A DNA stretch of 64,000 nucleotides from Catajapyx aquilonaris. Its lineage: Eukaryota. The first letter of the stretch is position 1; every line of letters begins with the position of its first letter. Made by a program: the position numbers and the translations under genes. The stretch covers positions 124,001 through 188,000 of the forward strand of contig KZ538551.1 of NCBI GenBank assembly GCA_000934665.2. Reading direction: 5' to 3'. Shown here one piece after another: positions 28,001 through 41,052 of the stretch. The notes beneath the pieces were generated by a model that was not told where the DNA came from, ran no database searches, and saw only the letters and a list, made by a program, of their open reading frames with translations.

Positions 28001-30973
28001 ACTTTTAATCTCCCAACTATCGTGGCATGAAAGTATAGTCGACAAAAACTAACTGTGATAACTGCTACTGTTATAAACGGCAGTAGTTAGTAGCCAATTA
28101 ACCATTTTCATTCCAATTAGTTCAGACCAATAAACTGCTTATTAGGAAGAGATTATACTTTTAGTGGTTATCAAAAACTATTAATTTTGAAAAAAATTAA
28201 TTCTCGGCCTAATAGCAGTTAATTCGTCTAAAAGTAGCAGTTTAGTGGCCTAACTGAAAGGTTTCTGATTCCTTCCGGGATCTAAATGGACCTCACACAC
28301 TTGCTGAGAAGTAAGATGGAAATTCTACCGGGAACTCTACTTTGCCAAGATCCTTTCAAGTGTATATTTTTTCTCACCACGACTTCTTTCCCCTTTTTTT
28401 CTGGAAAAGCCTCGCCAAAAGTCCCAGGGCTTGGTCTATAAGAACAAGGGCAAACTTGCGCAGTGCTTTGCTTCGGAGAATTTCCAAGTCCAATGAAGAA
28501 GCTTTTCCCCTTCCTTACTCGATCCCTCCAGCCGAAAACTTTGAGTCGTGTCAAACTTTAACCCCTATCCCAGCACATTTACACGACAGGAAATATGGTC
28601 TAAGTCTATGGCCAAACATTTGCTTCGATCCGGGCTATATATTATGTAGGGCTTCGTTTTCAGAAGTGGTCACTGAATAAGAGCCTAACCTCAGGTTAGG
28701 TTAGGTTAGGTTAGGTTAGGTTAGGTTAGGTTAGGTTAGGTTAGGTTAGGTTAGGTTTTTCCATTCAATGATCCTTCTCTCCTAATCTAACACAGGATGT
28801 GAAGAAACAACAAAAAGAGGACAGGATAGGATAGTTTGGTTAGGTTTTTGATTCAGTGACCCTTCTTCTAACCTAACCTAACACAAGGTGTGAAGAAACA
28901 ACAAAAAGAGGCGATAGATGGCGCAACCTCCCTCTCTGCACGCTACTGCCACTCAGGGTCGTGCGGGGAGTAGTGGTACTACCTATCTGAGCCCGGACAG
29001 AGTCGCTCGAGCCAATTATATCTAGGCTATAATCATGTTTGATAGCGTCAAAAATCAACTTGATCTGGCGTACATATTCCAGCCATAAACTACTAAGGTG
29101 TGTCTAAGGTCTAAGGTGTGTATGTCTCCTTTTGCACGGTAGGTATGACGGCGGGAATAGGTCGTAATTTGCATAACAATCAGACCCCGTCTGATTGGTG
29201 CCGCCGACAGGAAACTGGATGAGAATAGAGAACATGTAAAAGAGCCTGTTGCTCATTGCTGCTGGTTGGTTGCCTTGAAGCAGAATAGAAAAATCCAAGC
29301 CAGCCCCGTCTACTATAATAAAAGATATGAAGGTGGGGAAGGGGTTTATAAGAGAGAAGGGATAGGAGATGAAAAGCGGCGGGGCCTTCTTTTTTTTTAT
29401 CCGATTCGGTTAGTTTTCGGCGACATGTTTCCGGCAACCTTCCTTTTTTTAAATTCGGGTGAAAGCCTTGCATTTTATTGTTGCGTTACTTTCACCGGAG
29501 GGTATATATGAAGCAGCTGCGATAGTTACTCATGATCTTCATGTTTTGCACTTGATCGCACCGATTGGTTCGGTGTAACTGTGCAGCACCGGCTTATCCA
29601 GAGGGTTCACTGACCGATTTAATTACATGCACAGTACTGTATCGCTCGAAAAATATTCGAGCAATTACATTTAACATTTTGAACAAAATTGAGCAAATAT
29701 ATTCAGAGTGAGCAACAATCCGAAATCGTCTTTAATTAGATTAATTGGTATTTTTACAAAACCCAACTTTGGCAACCAAACCTGTGGACAAACAAGCTTT
29801 TCCTACATTTTGAATTGGTATACAAAATGGGCACGAAATGTGACACAAACAAACTTTGCCTTTTATATATGTAGACGTTATTAGACGTCGCATATTTTCT
29901 GCTTCTGGTGCAGCCTAATCCGCCGGTGTTATTTCCGCGTGATTTATGACTAAGCTACCGTGCAAAAATGAAAGTGATGTTCACGTGACGCCCTCTTTAC
30001 GTCCCCTTCCTTCACCGCAAAAAAAAAATGACACGAAATTTTGCAGTGTGGCCGCAGTTATATCCGGATCAAAAACTGGTCTCAGTTCATTCAGAAGAAG
30101 GAGGCCTTAATCGCCTTTAAAATTATTATGTAGTGTTTTAACATTTTTTTAAAAATGTGTCAAGGACATGTTGCATTGTTGTCTCTCAAATAATTGATTG
30201 CCGACTAATTACCTGGTCCAAAGCATGTGTCAATATTTGGATGTGCAATTTATCCCCCCCCCATTTTTACACATCTGCATCCTNCCATCCCAACCAAAAC
30301 AATCAGGCCAGGACAGACCCCGCGTAATTGTCTGAGAAACGACCTAATTGCTTTTTAATGACCCCTGCACTGTTGTGCACCTCCGAACTCCAAAAAAAAC
30401 CCTCTATATGAATCTGCATAATTGGTTTCTCTTATGCATAGGAAATAAGGAAAAAAAAATAAGTAAAAAAGCAATGTTTGTTTGTCCAGGTTTGGTATCC
30501 ATGGCAATCTGTATCCGGTTGGCATGGCAACGGTATGTCCATCGCAATTTGTTGCCATATCATCCGTTTGCCAAGTCAATTTGTGTCTATTATGTCAGCT
30601 GATTGACAGTTCTGCCCTATGTTTTGGCAATGTGGTCACTATAGATTTGTTGCAACATCATCCAGAGTGTCCATGTCAACCTGATTGTCACTACTTGTGC
30701 CCAATTTTTGTACTGGATGAATGTGAGAGCCCTGACCTTTGTCGGGTTGAGTCCGATCACTTTGGTGGCGATGCACTCGAGCAGTGCGTCGACGACGTCC
30801 TCCACGTTGCCCTCCGTCTGCAGCGCACTTTTCCTGCATATCTCCATCTGGTGTCTCATCTTCTCCTCCTTGAGCGTCCCCGGCGCCGCCTTGAGCGCCG
30901 TCGTTATGCCACAGTTCACACCTGCCAAGCAGCAGCAGCAGCAGACGGACAGTACGATCGCGACAAACCGCAT
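22061..30973 (-). CDS. Uncharacterised secreted protein, five exons, predicted 336 aa
   Basis: Exons 30973-30737 (MRFVAIVLSVCCCCCLAGVNCG signal peptide ...GLNPTK), 27473-27301, 25271-25210, 25036-24999, 22561-22061. Phases 0,2,1,0 join into one open 1011-nt frame. The exons are GC-rich islands in AT-rich DNA. TATA box 60 nt upstream; AATAAA at 21807-21802. The 38-nt exon has a weaker AAG acceptor. Confidence 0.78.
22662..22790 (-). mobile_element. Short non-autonomous Helitron-like element, family H
   Basis: Minus strand: TC..TATAAAAGGGAAAGTTT, (GTTT)n, GTCCAGGTTTGGTTTCCATGGCAAC, decayed GC hairpin GCCGTGCGAA, terminal CTAG followed by T. Confidence 0.7.
28696..28755 (+). repeat. (TTAGG)12 telomere-type repeat, interstitial
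   Basis: Twelve perfect TTAGG units, embedded among CCTAA/TTAGG-containing inverted and direct repeats at 28665-28912. Confidence 0.95.
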
Positions 30974-31032
30974 TGTCTTGCCTTGTGTTACGCCGGACCT
31001 AATGTGCAAGCCCGGTTAAGGAGTTCTGGAGG

Positions 31033-31039
31033 CTTTATA
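31033..31039 (-). promoter_or_regulatory. TATA box (TATAAAG) of the secreted-protein gene
   Basis: Canonical TATAAAG on the minus strand, 60 nt upstream of ATG 30973, in a GC-rich context. Confidence 0.65.
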
Positions 31040-34000
31040 AGGGAAAAGAAAAAAGGGGGGTGGGCGACATGGTGTTAAGGTTGGTTGGATAGAGGTGGGG
31101 GCGTCCTTGCTGACGTCGCCCCCCTCCCCCCTCTCCCACCTCTCTTTTTTTCGCATTTTCTCTCTCCTTCCCCCACCACCTCCTCCCACCAAACACGCAA
31201 AACCATTAATCTCTCTTTCTTACCTGCTGGAGAATTGGCCAGAAGAAGGTGAGGGCTCAGTCCACTGCTGGGGGAACTGTCATGGTCACAACCGCTGCCC
31301 GTTTTGGACTTGTGAGCAACCAGGGAAAAGTAGAGAGAGAGAGAGAGAGAGAAAGATATGTGTGTTTGTGTGCATGTGTATGAAACAAGGCGGGTTACCT
31401 TTTATCGTGGAAAAGGAAATTTTTCTTCGAGAGAGAAATGTTCGTCAGCAAAATCTGAGGTTCATTTACACTGAACTAGACCAGGTCTAGATCCGGTCCA
31501 ATAATAATTGCATAATCTATCAATTATTCTGGAACCGAAGTATTAATTCTGAAAGTATAAATCAATATAAATAATTCGCGTAATTAATTGTGTATTTATA
31601 GACTAGTTAATTTTATATTTTTATATTTTATATTTTATATTTTTACATTATATTATATTTTTATTTTATTTGTTTATTATTTATTATAGTATAGCGTATT
31701 TTTATTTTATGTTACGTTATTTTATTTTATTTTTAATATTAGGCCTAATTATAGTATAGTGTATTTAATTTAATTTTGTTATATTATAGTAGGCCTATAG
31801 TTTATTTTATTTTATTCTATATTACAGTATTTTTGTGTTATCTTATATTTATATACGTACATTTCTATATTATTATACTATTTATCTTATAGAAATATGG
31901 TATAAATAATATTCATTCGTGGTTATATTATACTGCTGTAAAGAAAATTAAAATAAATGATGTAAGTCTGAATTACTGGCAATCAGGGTTGTATAAATAT
32001 TTATTAATTTAATTGTGCATTATGCTAATTGTTTAAGCACAGTTTACGTAAGGGGCAACTGCCTGTGACTTAAAAAAATAATTCACGATATGTACCGTTC
32101 AAATCACTGTCAGTTACAAGAAAGACTAATTTTCGTACGGTATTTTTACGGTGCATGATGCAGTACTGTATACCTTTCATATTAAAAATTCATATATGCG
32201 CCATTTTATGACTTTAGGAACGCAAATAATTTTTGAAGGTGTGAATTTTGTAAAGGGGAAAGGGAGCGAAGCAACAATACCCGAGAAATATATCCTACAT
32301 TTTATACCACTTTTATTGAGTAAGCCGCATCATCCGTTGCGCCTTTACTGGCGAACCGTAACGTATACAATACAAGTAGTACTACTTAGCCTATACTGTT
32401 GTATCATTTATGTCGCCATTTCATTCATTGTTTTCTTGGGTGCAGGCATGCACGTCATGGAGTTGAATTTGCCAATTGAAGTCATTCGAGGGATTAAACC
32501 TGAAGATAAGTCTGAATAATTTTACGAGACACCCTGCACGTAACACTCATCCCGAAAGAGAAAGTGTTGGGAATGCTATTTTGACGTGTTTGTCAATTTT
32601 TGGTGTTGTCATCGCCAATATGTTCTCTATGCATATATATATTTTTTTCTCCAGCAAGTGTCACAAATGTCAGCGGCATTCACCGATTGTCTGCATGCAA
32701 ATTTGTCATCCCCACCTTCAACCAGTCCTCCGGTCCTCCTCCACTTAGGGAAATGACGTATTGTAAAGAGGAAAGTTTGACTGGTTGCACAACCCCATCC
32801 ATGCCGCGGGGAGATGTATTGGTCAAAGACATTGTTAAAAGGAAAGGGCAACAACAACAGCAGCAGCAGCTGATGATGATGATGATGATGATGCTGATGA
32901 CTCAAAGTGAAAAGCAGTACGGTAGCAAAAAGATCTCAAGGCTGAATGCACAAGGTGCTGCTTTTATTTTATAATGCCTGTACTTACTGCATTAATTTTA
33001 AACGAGATTAATTTGTATCGTTTTAATTTTATTTATTTTTATCATTTTACTTATTATTTACATTTTATTTGTTATCGACCATTTACATTTATTTTTATTT
33101 ATTACTTTTATTTATGTACCATTTGCATATTATTATTATTTATTATGTGCATTTTCTTTATTATTTACATTTTATTATTTTATGTTATTTGGTATTGTAT
33201 TCACAGTATTTTATTTATTTCATTCATTTATATTTTTAATTAATGCCATTCACTTTCATTCTTTATTTCATTTATTTTGTTATATAATTTGCTTAAATTT
33301 CTTTAAGGGAAATTAGTGTGGCTGCCATGACAGTTTAGGGCAAAACAACTTTTTTTTTGTCGTGTTATTCCATATGCTCCTTGTGATAGCTAGACTATAG
33401 TACGTTTCCTGTCTCTTGGCTTGTGTTGCAGGTTGCTTCTTTTTCAGCTGGTTGCTGAGGCGAACAATCCATAACTTTTCCCCCTTGCGCGCTTGATAAC
33501 CCAAATGTGGAAATTCACAAAACCGTTGCTAATTAATAGCTTCCTAGTTATTTTTTAAATGCACTCCCTCTCTGCAAAGTTCCAATGACCTACTGTGAGG
33601 GTTAATTAAAATGAATTCCACCAGACAAAAGAGGGTGATGTTGATGCCGCTTTCTTCTAATTAATAATTAATTAATCACTATAAAACAAACCTGTCTAGC
33701 ATAACGCGAACTACAACCTTACATCTGAGCTTCATTTTAAAAAAATATTACGCACGTACGTAATGAACCCTGCACTTCTCCGTGCGAAAATAGTTTTTTT
33801 TTAGAAGATTGCATAACACGCATCGTGGCCGACACCTTATGCGGAAGCAATAATTGAAGGTTTTTAACTTGGAAAAGGCCAACCCGCCTGCTGAGGTATA
33901 CATGCTGCGTGCATATTATAGCTTTTTCCTTTTCTGACACTGACGTCAAGTGCTGAATATTGAAACCAGCCGGGTCTTTAATTATGATGATGATGATGAT

Positions 34001-37000
34001 GAAACCATCTCCTTCCTAAAGAGGAGTAGGTCAGGCCCATTTTACTTCACAACAAGAATTAACTGTGGCGAAAATAAAAGCCCGGACTACTTCTCTCTTC
34101 CATAACAATTAAATGAGATTTTTCATGCACTGTTCGACACATATGGCTGCTGCATCTTCTTCTTTTCATGTCTCGCGTGCAGGCCTCAACCGTGTCGATG
34201 TGACCCAGTGGCCTCCTAAGCTCCAAGTAGTGACCAACACACGTGATTTTCAGATCCGAGAGTGTCACGGTCCAGTCGCCAGACTCCGGCCCTGCACGAA
34301 ACGATCAAAAAAGTAAACAAAGTGAAAACTGCGCCGCTCTCGATTTATATTATCATGATCAAAGGTTGTTCACCCCTCTTTCATACACCTCAATTACTTA
34401 TTTGCATACACGGCGGGTAATGGCTGCAATCACAACACAAAGCCGTCTTACGTCGGAAATAATTTGCATATTATTAATATATTGATTATTAATGCTACAT
34501 ATATTTATTTATTTTCATTTCATTTTTATTCATTTATTTTTATTTTATTTCGTTTTTATTCATTTATTCATTTTTTATTTACTTCAATTTTATTATTTAT
34601 TTATTTATTTATTTATTTATATTACGTTGCTTTATTTATTATTTTCTTATTGATTGCTTTATTACTTTTTATTTACTTCATGACTTTATTTATTTTATTT
34701 ATTATTTTATTATTTATAACTTTATTATTTATTACTTTGTTATTTTATTATTTTATTACTTTGTTTAGTTATTTATTTAGTTATTTATTACATATTATTT
34801 ATCAATTATTACAATTGGTTGCAGTTATTTATTTAGTTATTTATTACATATTATTTATCAATTATTACAGTTGGTTGAGTTATTTATTTCGGTTTCTACG
34901 CCATTGCAGCATACACGCAATTAATTAGTAGTTGTAATTATTTATTGGAAGAATAAGTGAGGGTTGCGTGTACAGTGAGGATGAAATCTGTGCCCATAAC
35001 ATTTTGCATTGGAATATTTCAAGATAATCTTGCTGGATATTGCAGACTATATTTCGCAAATGTCACCGACGTTGCCATTAAAAAGGTTTCGCACGATTTC
35101 TCAATGACATGTGTAATAACACGGTGCAAATTGCAAAATATGTAACCATTTTTCGCAAGGCCTGTACTGTCAATAGGGTCAGAATCTGGTTTTCGCCCAG
35201 TATTGTTAGCAACAACCTCCACTTTAATTATTGCAAATCCTTTCAATACTACAAGGCCGGAACTTGATATTTTTTTCGCAAGCAAAGTAAGAGCTGTCTT
35301 TTGATTCTGAACACTGAGAAATAGTCACACCCTCTTTGGGTCCAGACAGCAGCTCAATTTACATGCGTGTCATGCGTTTCAAGCGAGTACTGCTGGGGTA
35401 GGAAATAATCCCATCGCAATTTCACCCCCCTCCCCCCCTCTCCCTCTTCCATATAGTGATGGTGGGGATCTCCCCCTCCCCCCCCTCTTTCTCTCCCCAT
35501 CTCCCTCTTCCTCTTGCTTGAATATGCCTCTCCAGAGAGCTCTTTTCGCAGGTCGGCGACCCATCGCACATGCCAGATGGGCGCCTCACTCCAAGGCGCC
35601 AGACGAACACTTATTTCGCACCATTTTACGCGCAATTGCTCCAAAACCAGACCAAGTGGACGCACTTTGCAGAAAATATACACCCATTGATGGACAGGTC
35701 GCCTAACGTACAGGTTGATCCCTATTGATACCCTTGTCTCCATATGTAACCAACTGGTATTGAACCCAAAACACTGTCCATCTTCCCTCAATAGACGGTG
35801 CAACCTGCCTCTCTGCACACTGCTGCCACGCACAGGGAGAAAGGAGTACTACATGCACGCTGGTGATGAGTCAACGCGTGTAGGGACAATGTCACGCGTG
35901 ATCTACATGATGCTTTACGCTGCGGGAAAGTGCAACGTTGATGTATCGAGAGGGGGGCTTGGAAGGACATATGACTAACATTCATGACCGGCGTATGACC
36001 GCAACTAGGAAGTGACCGAAACTTATCCTTGGGAGGATCTATCCTTCAAACCCTCCAAACAGCCCATTTCCTCCTCTTTTCTCATCATATTCTTTTATCT
36101 TCTTCTTTTTTCACTCATCGGCACACCGTCAAGGTTCAGCCGACGTCATGTGTATACAGTACAGTGTGTGTGTGTGTCCACATCGAACTAGTACAATACG
36201 TGAGATTCATACGAGAGATGCTGAGCTTTTTTTTGAGAGGGGGAGAAAAAAAAAATTGGGCCTGAAGCAAGCAGCTTGTCCATTCACTTTTCTTCCAAAA
36301 TCGCTCAAAGACCTGCGTCAAAGGAAAGGAAATCGTGATCAGTTTTCCAGATTTCAACTGTACCGGGTGCATCATAAAAATTGTGAAGTTATAGAATAAT
36401 TATGGCACACCCTGTTCCACTTTCACGCGAAAAAACAAAATTTGTGTGTACGCATGTTTTCCATGAATAGAAAGTCTTCTTTCTCCATATGTCGCTCAAC
36501 TGTCCGTCAGAAAACGCGTGCGAACCCATATCTTTTCCCTCACCATTGTGTTGGCTCCAAAATATATTTTGTTGGGGGTTTAAAAAACTTGTATTTTTCC
36601 CCTCGAAAAATAAGCCCAAACCAGGTTTTCCTACCCGCTATACCTTCTGTATAGTTTCAAAGTGTGGGAAAAATTGCGACGACGCGCCGTTTAAGGAACC
36701 GCCGATCCCACAGAAAATTTTGAGCCTAAAACTAGTCCAAACCCAGCCTCCCCTCCAATCTTTTGTCGTCCTTCACTTACGCAACCTTTTCACTTTTCCG
36801 GGATTTAGCTTTTTTATTATTATTATTATTTTAAAAGTTGTTTCATAAACGTGGAAAAGTGTCCTTGAGATAATATGGATATATGAAAGTTAATGGGCGA
36901 CGCAACAATGGACCGTGAACTGTACCGTCGGTGAAGTTTTAACAGCAAACACAATTTTATTTTATTTTATCGCTTATTATTATGTTATACGGTATTATAT

Positions 37001-38751
37001 TGATATAATATGATGTTATGTTATTGCACGTATTTAACCCCCAGATTCACACGCAGCTTCAGCCAGACGTCTCTCATCTTCAACAATGGTGGCCCTCTGC
37101 AATTGAGAAGAAGAAAATGTCAATTGTTAGGAATTATCTGACGACAAAGTGATGCGAGAGTGTCACAATATGACTTGTGCGTCACACAAATCTCAACGAC
37201 CTGGCATATTATTGTTGCAAGAAAAAATGAAACCCCCCCCCCCCNCCCCCCCACCATTGTTGTCCACCCTACCAACCGCCAGAAAAAGGCAACCTGATAT
37301 ACCTTTGCCAAAAGTCACGCTCTGTTTGTCTTCCACGTGACACTTTTTCTGTTCACACACAAAACGTCCAGCTGCTTTGTTGTTGTCATACCTGCACTTC
37401 GGGAACATTAATTTTAACAGACAAAAAAAATCATTTTTATGGAGTTTTTTTTTTAAAAGAAAGGGACATCTTCATAGAGAATGTTGGCTTACCACAATAA
37501 TTATTCAAATGCATAATTACTGTGTACTTTCACAGATGTGCGTGATGTGTACGCACACGTTCACTTTTATACGTTGAGTGTGAGGGCCATCAGATTTAAT
37601 GAGTCAAAAAGGTCGATTGTTGAGCAACTGCGAAGAAAAATTGTTCAAAGTATACCATTTCAATTGGCCACAAATTAATTAATTAATTATCAATTAATTA
37701 AATCGTTAGGAACTGTGCAAAGTGTGACACGTGGGCGTGATTTTAAACGGTTTGACGTAATATATATGAACTACCTTACTGTATACAGCACTTAATGGAA
37801 ATCTTTTTTTTTTGCGAAAAAAGAAAATCGGACGGCAATTAGCGAGTCACGCATGTGGGACTTGTATAATTATACAACTGACAGGAGAAAAAAAATTAAA
37901 AGATTCACACACCGCTTTATTTCTCAAGGTTTTCATTACTTCTGCACTCACGCGTTAAAGGTGTGAAATGTACATCGCAAATTTTCATTACATCGTTTAT
38001 TTAGTCGCTCTTACAAAGAGCATTTTTGCATGATTACAAGTATAGTATGCGCACTGTTTTTATGAACTCCTCGGTGAAAAATGGTTATCCATGACCATGA
38101 CTTCGGTTTCTAGAAATGATTCCGGATTCCCTGCAGCTGGCACTCAAAATGTGATGTTGATTTACATGGCCATGTGTATATTACGCATTTCCTTACTCTG
38201 TGCCAGTCTGTCAAAATAAATTAACTGCCAGTACTGTCCGTACAGTCATTTAACAAAAATCCAATTACCCGCCTTTATTTCCATTGCATCCCTAATTTCT
38301 CAGATGGTTAAAAGGGCTCGTGAGTGATTACCATGTCTGGTATTGCTAGTCGTATTTTCAGTTGTCTTTTATTTCAGTTGTCTGATTGTGATATGTAGGT
38401 TAAATTTTTCGAGATAACATTGCACTACATGAAAATAACAGTCTTGGTTGATGTGCTGACTCAAAAATCACTCTGCATTTGGTGATTGTTCTCATAATTA
38501 CAGGGTTGTCAGTTCCCAATAATAATGATATGCAACTGTTTTCTGGGAAGCTCCTGAGTATTTCAAATCCTCATTTTAAATCCCCGGAAGTTTAATTCCG
38601 TACCCTTTTAAATTCCATATTAAAATATTCAAAAATGCAATCGAGTTTTTAAGAAATACCAAGCGTCTAAAACTGCACTTTAGCCGAAATTAATTACTAG
38701 TACAGGAACAGCTAACCATATGCCTGATAATCTAAGGGGTGGATATCTACT

Positions 38752-38834
38752 GCTAGCTTGTAGGTGAATGGCTAGCGTCGCCTCCTGCTAATTGTAAGGA
38801 CCCAAGTTCGATCCCAGGCAGGAGTGATTTTTTC
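38752..38834 (+). pseudogene. Degenerate tRNA-like sequence
   Basis: A-box-like TAGGTGAATGG, B-box-like AGTTCGATCCC at tRNA spacing, followed by a T run. Stems imperfect. Confidence 0.45.
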
Positions 38835-38936
38835 CCCCCCTTTATTAAATAAGTCAGATAAAATTTGCAGATGTTTCAGCAGCACAAGATGTCCATTCGA
38901 AATGATTCTATCTTATAAAATAATAAAAAATGGAAT

Positions 38937-39094
38937 TGGTAAATAGGCTAGACCTTCCGATTGTCCCACAGAAGCAGATGGTGCCGGCTGGCCATGTGAG
39001 CAGCGCTCTCGACTCTCAATCCAGGGATCCGGGTTCAAATCCCGGGTGAGAGGGAGTCAAAATATTTGTTGCCATCAGTTAAGGCCAAGATGGC
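38937..39094 (+). mobile_element. tRNA-containing short interspersed repeat, family 2
   Basis: Leader TGGTAAATAGGCTAGAC, tRNA-like core with B box GGTTCAAATCCC, 3' GGCCAAGATGGC. Homologous to 39973-40146 on the minus strand. Confidence 0.65.
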
Positions 39095-39972
39095 CTCTTC
39101 ATCTTCCGGGTCAAGAAAGGCAAAGCAGATGGGAGGGGTGGGGAAGAAGAGGAAGAAATAAAATTATTTTTATTTCTTACATGAAAATATACTATCTAAA
39201 ACCGCGTCGACGATCTGCGCATCTCCACCCACAGCAGAAGCGGGTGGGGATTTATTATTATTATAATTATTATTATTATTAATCCATACAGCAATCTATT
39301 AATGCCACGAAACAGTGTGATGCCGAATGTCCGTCCTGATGACCCCAAGGAGGTGACCCACTCGCCTACGTCACATTCATACCAGCCAACTGGGACTACA
39401 CATCCAGAGATATATAGTGTATATCTATGTACTGTGCTCTGTACAGTCTCATTACGAAAGACCCGACAGATGGAGACCGAGGTAGGGCCGGGCCCCAGAC
39501 CAAAAACCTAATATTAGGGCCTTTCAGGTCAAAGGTCAGGCTGCAACAAACCATTGAAAATGCCCTAAAAAATGTGCTGATTCATTTGCATGTGCTGGTG
39601 ATTTTATAGGATCTATAGTTTAAATTGTAGGATTAAATATTTGGAGGGGTGATAGGTTTGAGAATGGCAACTCCCTGGTATAAGACAAATGTAGGGACTA
39701 TGGGGTGCGTAGGGTGGGGGCTGCCGGGATGGACAACACAAGCGGAGCCACTTGACCATTTTGATGACTTTTTTATTTTACTTTTTTCTTCGAAAAAAGT
39801 GACCGCCCCCTCCCATTAAGCAGGTGTCTTAAAAATTTCAAAAAAAAAAATCTCTCCCCCCCCCCCCTCTTCCTCCTCTTCCTCCTCTACCACCACCCCC
39901 CCCCCCCTTCTACCTCCACATCCTCCAAGTCTCAACTCGGAAGATGTATTCGGTTACAGAATTGAACAAGTC

Positions 39973-40146
39973 GCCATCTTGGCCAGAGATGTCGGCTGCA
40001 AATTTTTTTTTCTGGCTCTCGACCGTGGAGACCCGGGATTTGAACCCGCATCTCCCGATTGGGAGTCTGATGCGCTACCTCTGAGCCACGCTCAGGTGCA
40101 ACGAGGGTGTGAGTGTTGGAAGGGTCTAGCCTATTTACCAGATGCA
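39973..40146 (-). mobile_element. tRNA-containing short interspersed repeat, family 2
   Basis: Minus strand: same leader, A box TGGCTCAGAGG, loop CTCCCAA, B box GGTTCAAATCCC, 3' GGCCAAGATGGC. Acceptor stem not intact. Confidence 0.7.
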
Positions 40147-40148
40147 GT

Positions 40149-40766
40149 ATGCCCTAAATCGCTCTTAATTTCGGTTTAAACCGGGCGCCAATGACAGGGG
40201 GTCAAAAGACCGCTGGAGGTAGGAAGCCAGCTGCGGGATCGAAAATGTCTGCCTTGTATACCCTCCATTTTGGGTCAATAGCCTGCTACCTCTTGCGCCT
40301 GTCTACCTCTAGCCTTCTTTTGATGCCCTAGTATGGGCCATAAGAAAAAATCGGCTAGATTGACGATCTAGCCCATTTTTTTAAAAAATGCTAGGGTATC
40401 AAAAGAAGACTTAACCGTAGGAGGTAGGAAGCCAGCTGCGGGATCCAAAATGGAAGGTATACAAGGCAGACATGTTCGATCCCGCAGCTGGCTTCCTACC
40501 TCCTACGGTTAAGTCTTCTTTTGATCCCCTGGTATTTAAATAATCGAATCGTCAATCTAGCCGATTTTTCCTTATGGCCCATACTAGGGTATCAAAAGAA
40601 GGCTAGAGGTAGACAGGCGCAAGAGGTAGCAGGCTATTGACCCAAAATGGAGGGTATACAAGGCAGACATTTTCGATCCCGCAGCTGGCTTCCTACCTCC
40701 TGCGGTCTTTTGACCCCCTGTAATTGGCGCCCGGTTTAAATCAAAATTAAGAGCGATTTAGAGCGT
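40149..40766. mobile_element. About 615-bp foldback/MITE-like palindrome
   Basis: The left and right halves are reverse complements over nearly their whole length (CCTAAATCGCTCTTAATTT...AAATTAAGAGCGATTTAG). The internal module GGAGGTAGGAAGCCAGCTGCGGGATC occurs twice per orientation. No coding capacity. Confidence 0.85.
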
Positions 40767-40800
40767 GAAAATAGTCAGTTTGCTACCAGGAAAACAAAAG

Positions 40801-40956
40801 TGGCCAAGAGGTCTGCACATTAGCAAAGTTGTATTTCCTACCCTTACATCGACGGCTGCAAAATAATTTTTTTGTTCTGGCGTGTTACCACAGAACCACG
40901 CTCTGGTGCAACGGTATTGTGGGCGGAAAGAGGGTCTAGTCTATTTACCAGATGCA
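40801..40956 (-). mobile_element. Internally deleted copy of family 2
   Basis: Retains the leader (plus strand GGGTCTAGTCTATTTACCAGATGCA), the A-box region and the 3' block, but lacks most of the tRNA core. Confidence 0.55.
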
Positions 40957-41052
40957 CATCAAAGAGAAATAAAATGCAAGCTGCGAGATGATGTAAGGCA
41001 GCGAGGAAGGTCCAGAGAGACAAAAAGAACGACGTATTATTATTATTTTTTT

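Noticed and set aside
34464..34928. Hydrophobic F/I/L/Y-rich ORFs (also 1803-1985, 24439-24858, 32974-33243) that look like membrane or mitochondrial proteins
   Set aside because: Translations of T/A-rich low-complexity repeats; no recognisable mitochondrial gene motifs.
35551..35730. Plus-strand acceptor followed by a short open frame
   Set aside because: No recognisable protein, no linked exons.
39305..39360. GAAAC...GTC...CTGATGA arrangement suggesting a permuted hammerhead
   Set aside because: Stem I cannot form (only 4 nt) and stems II and III are not convincingly paired.
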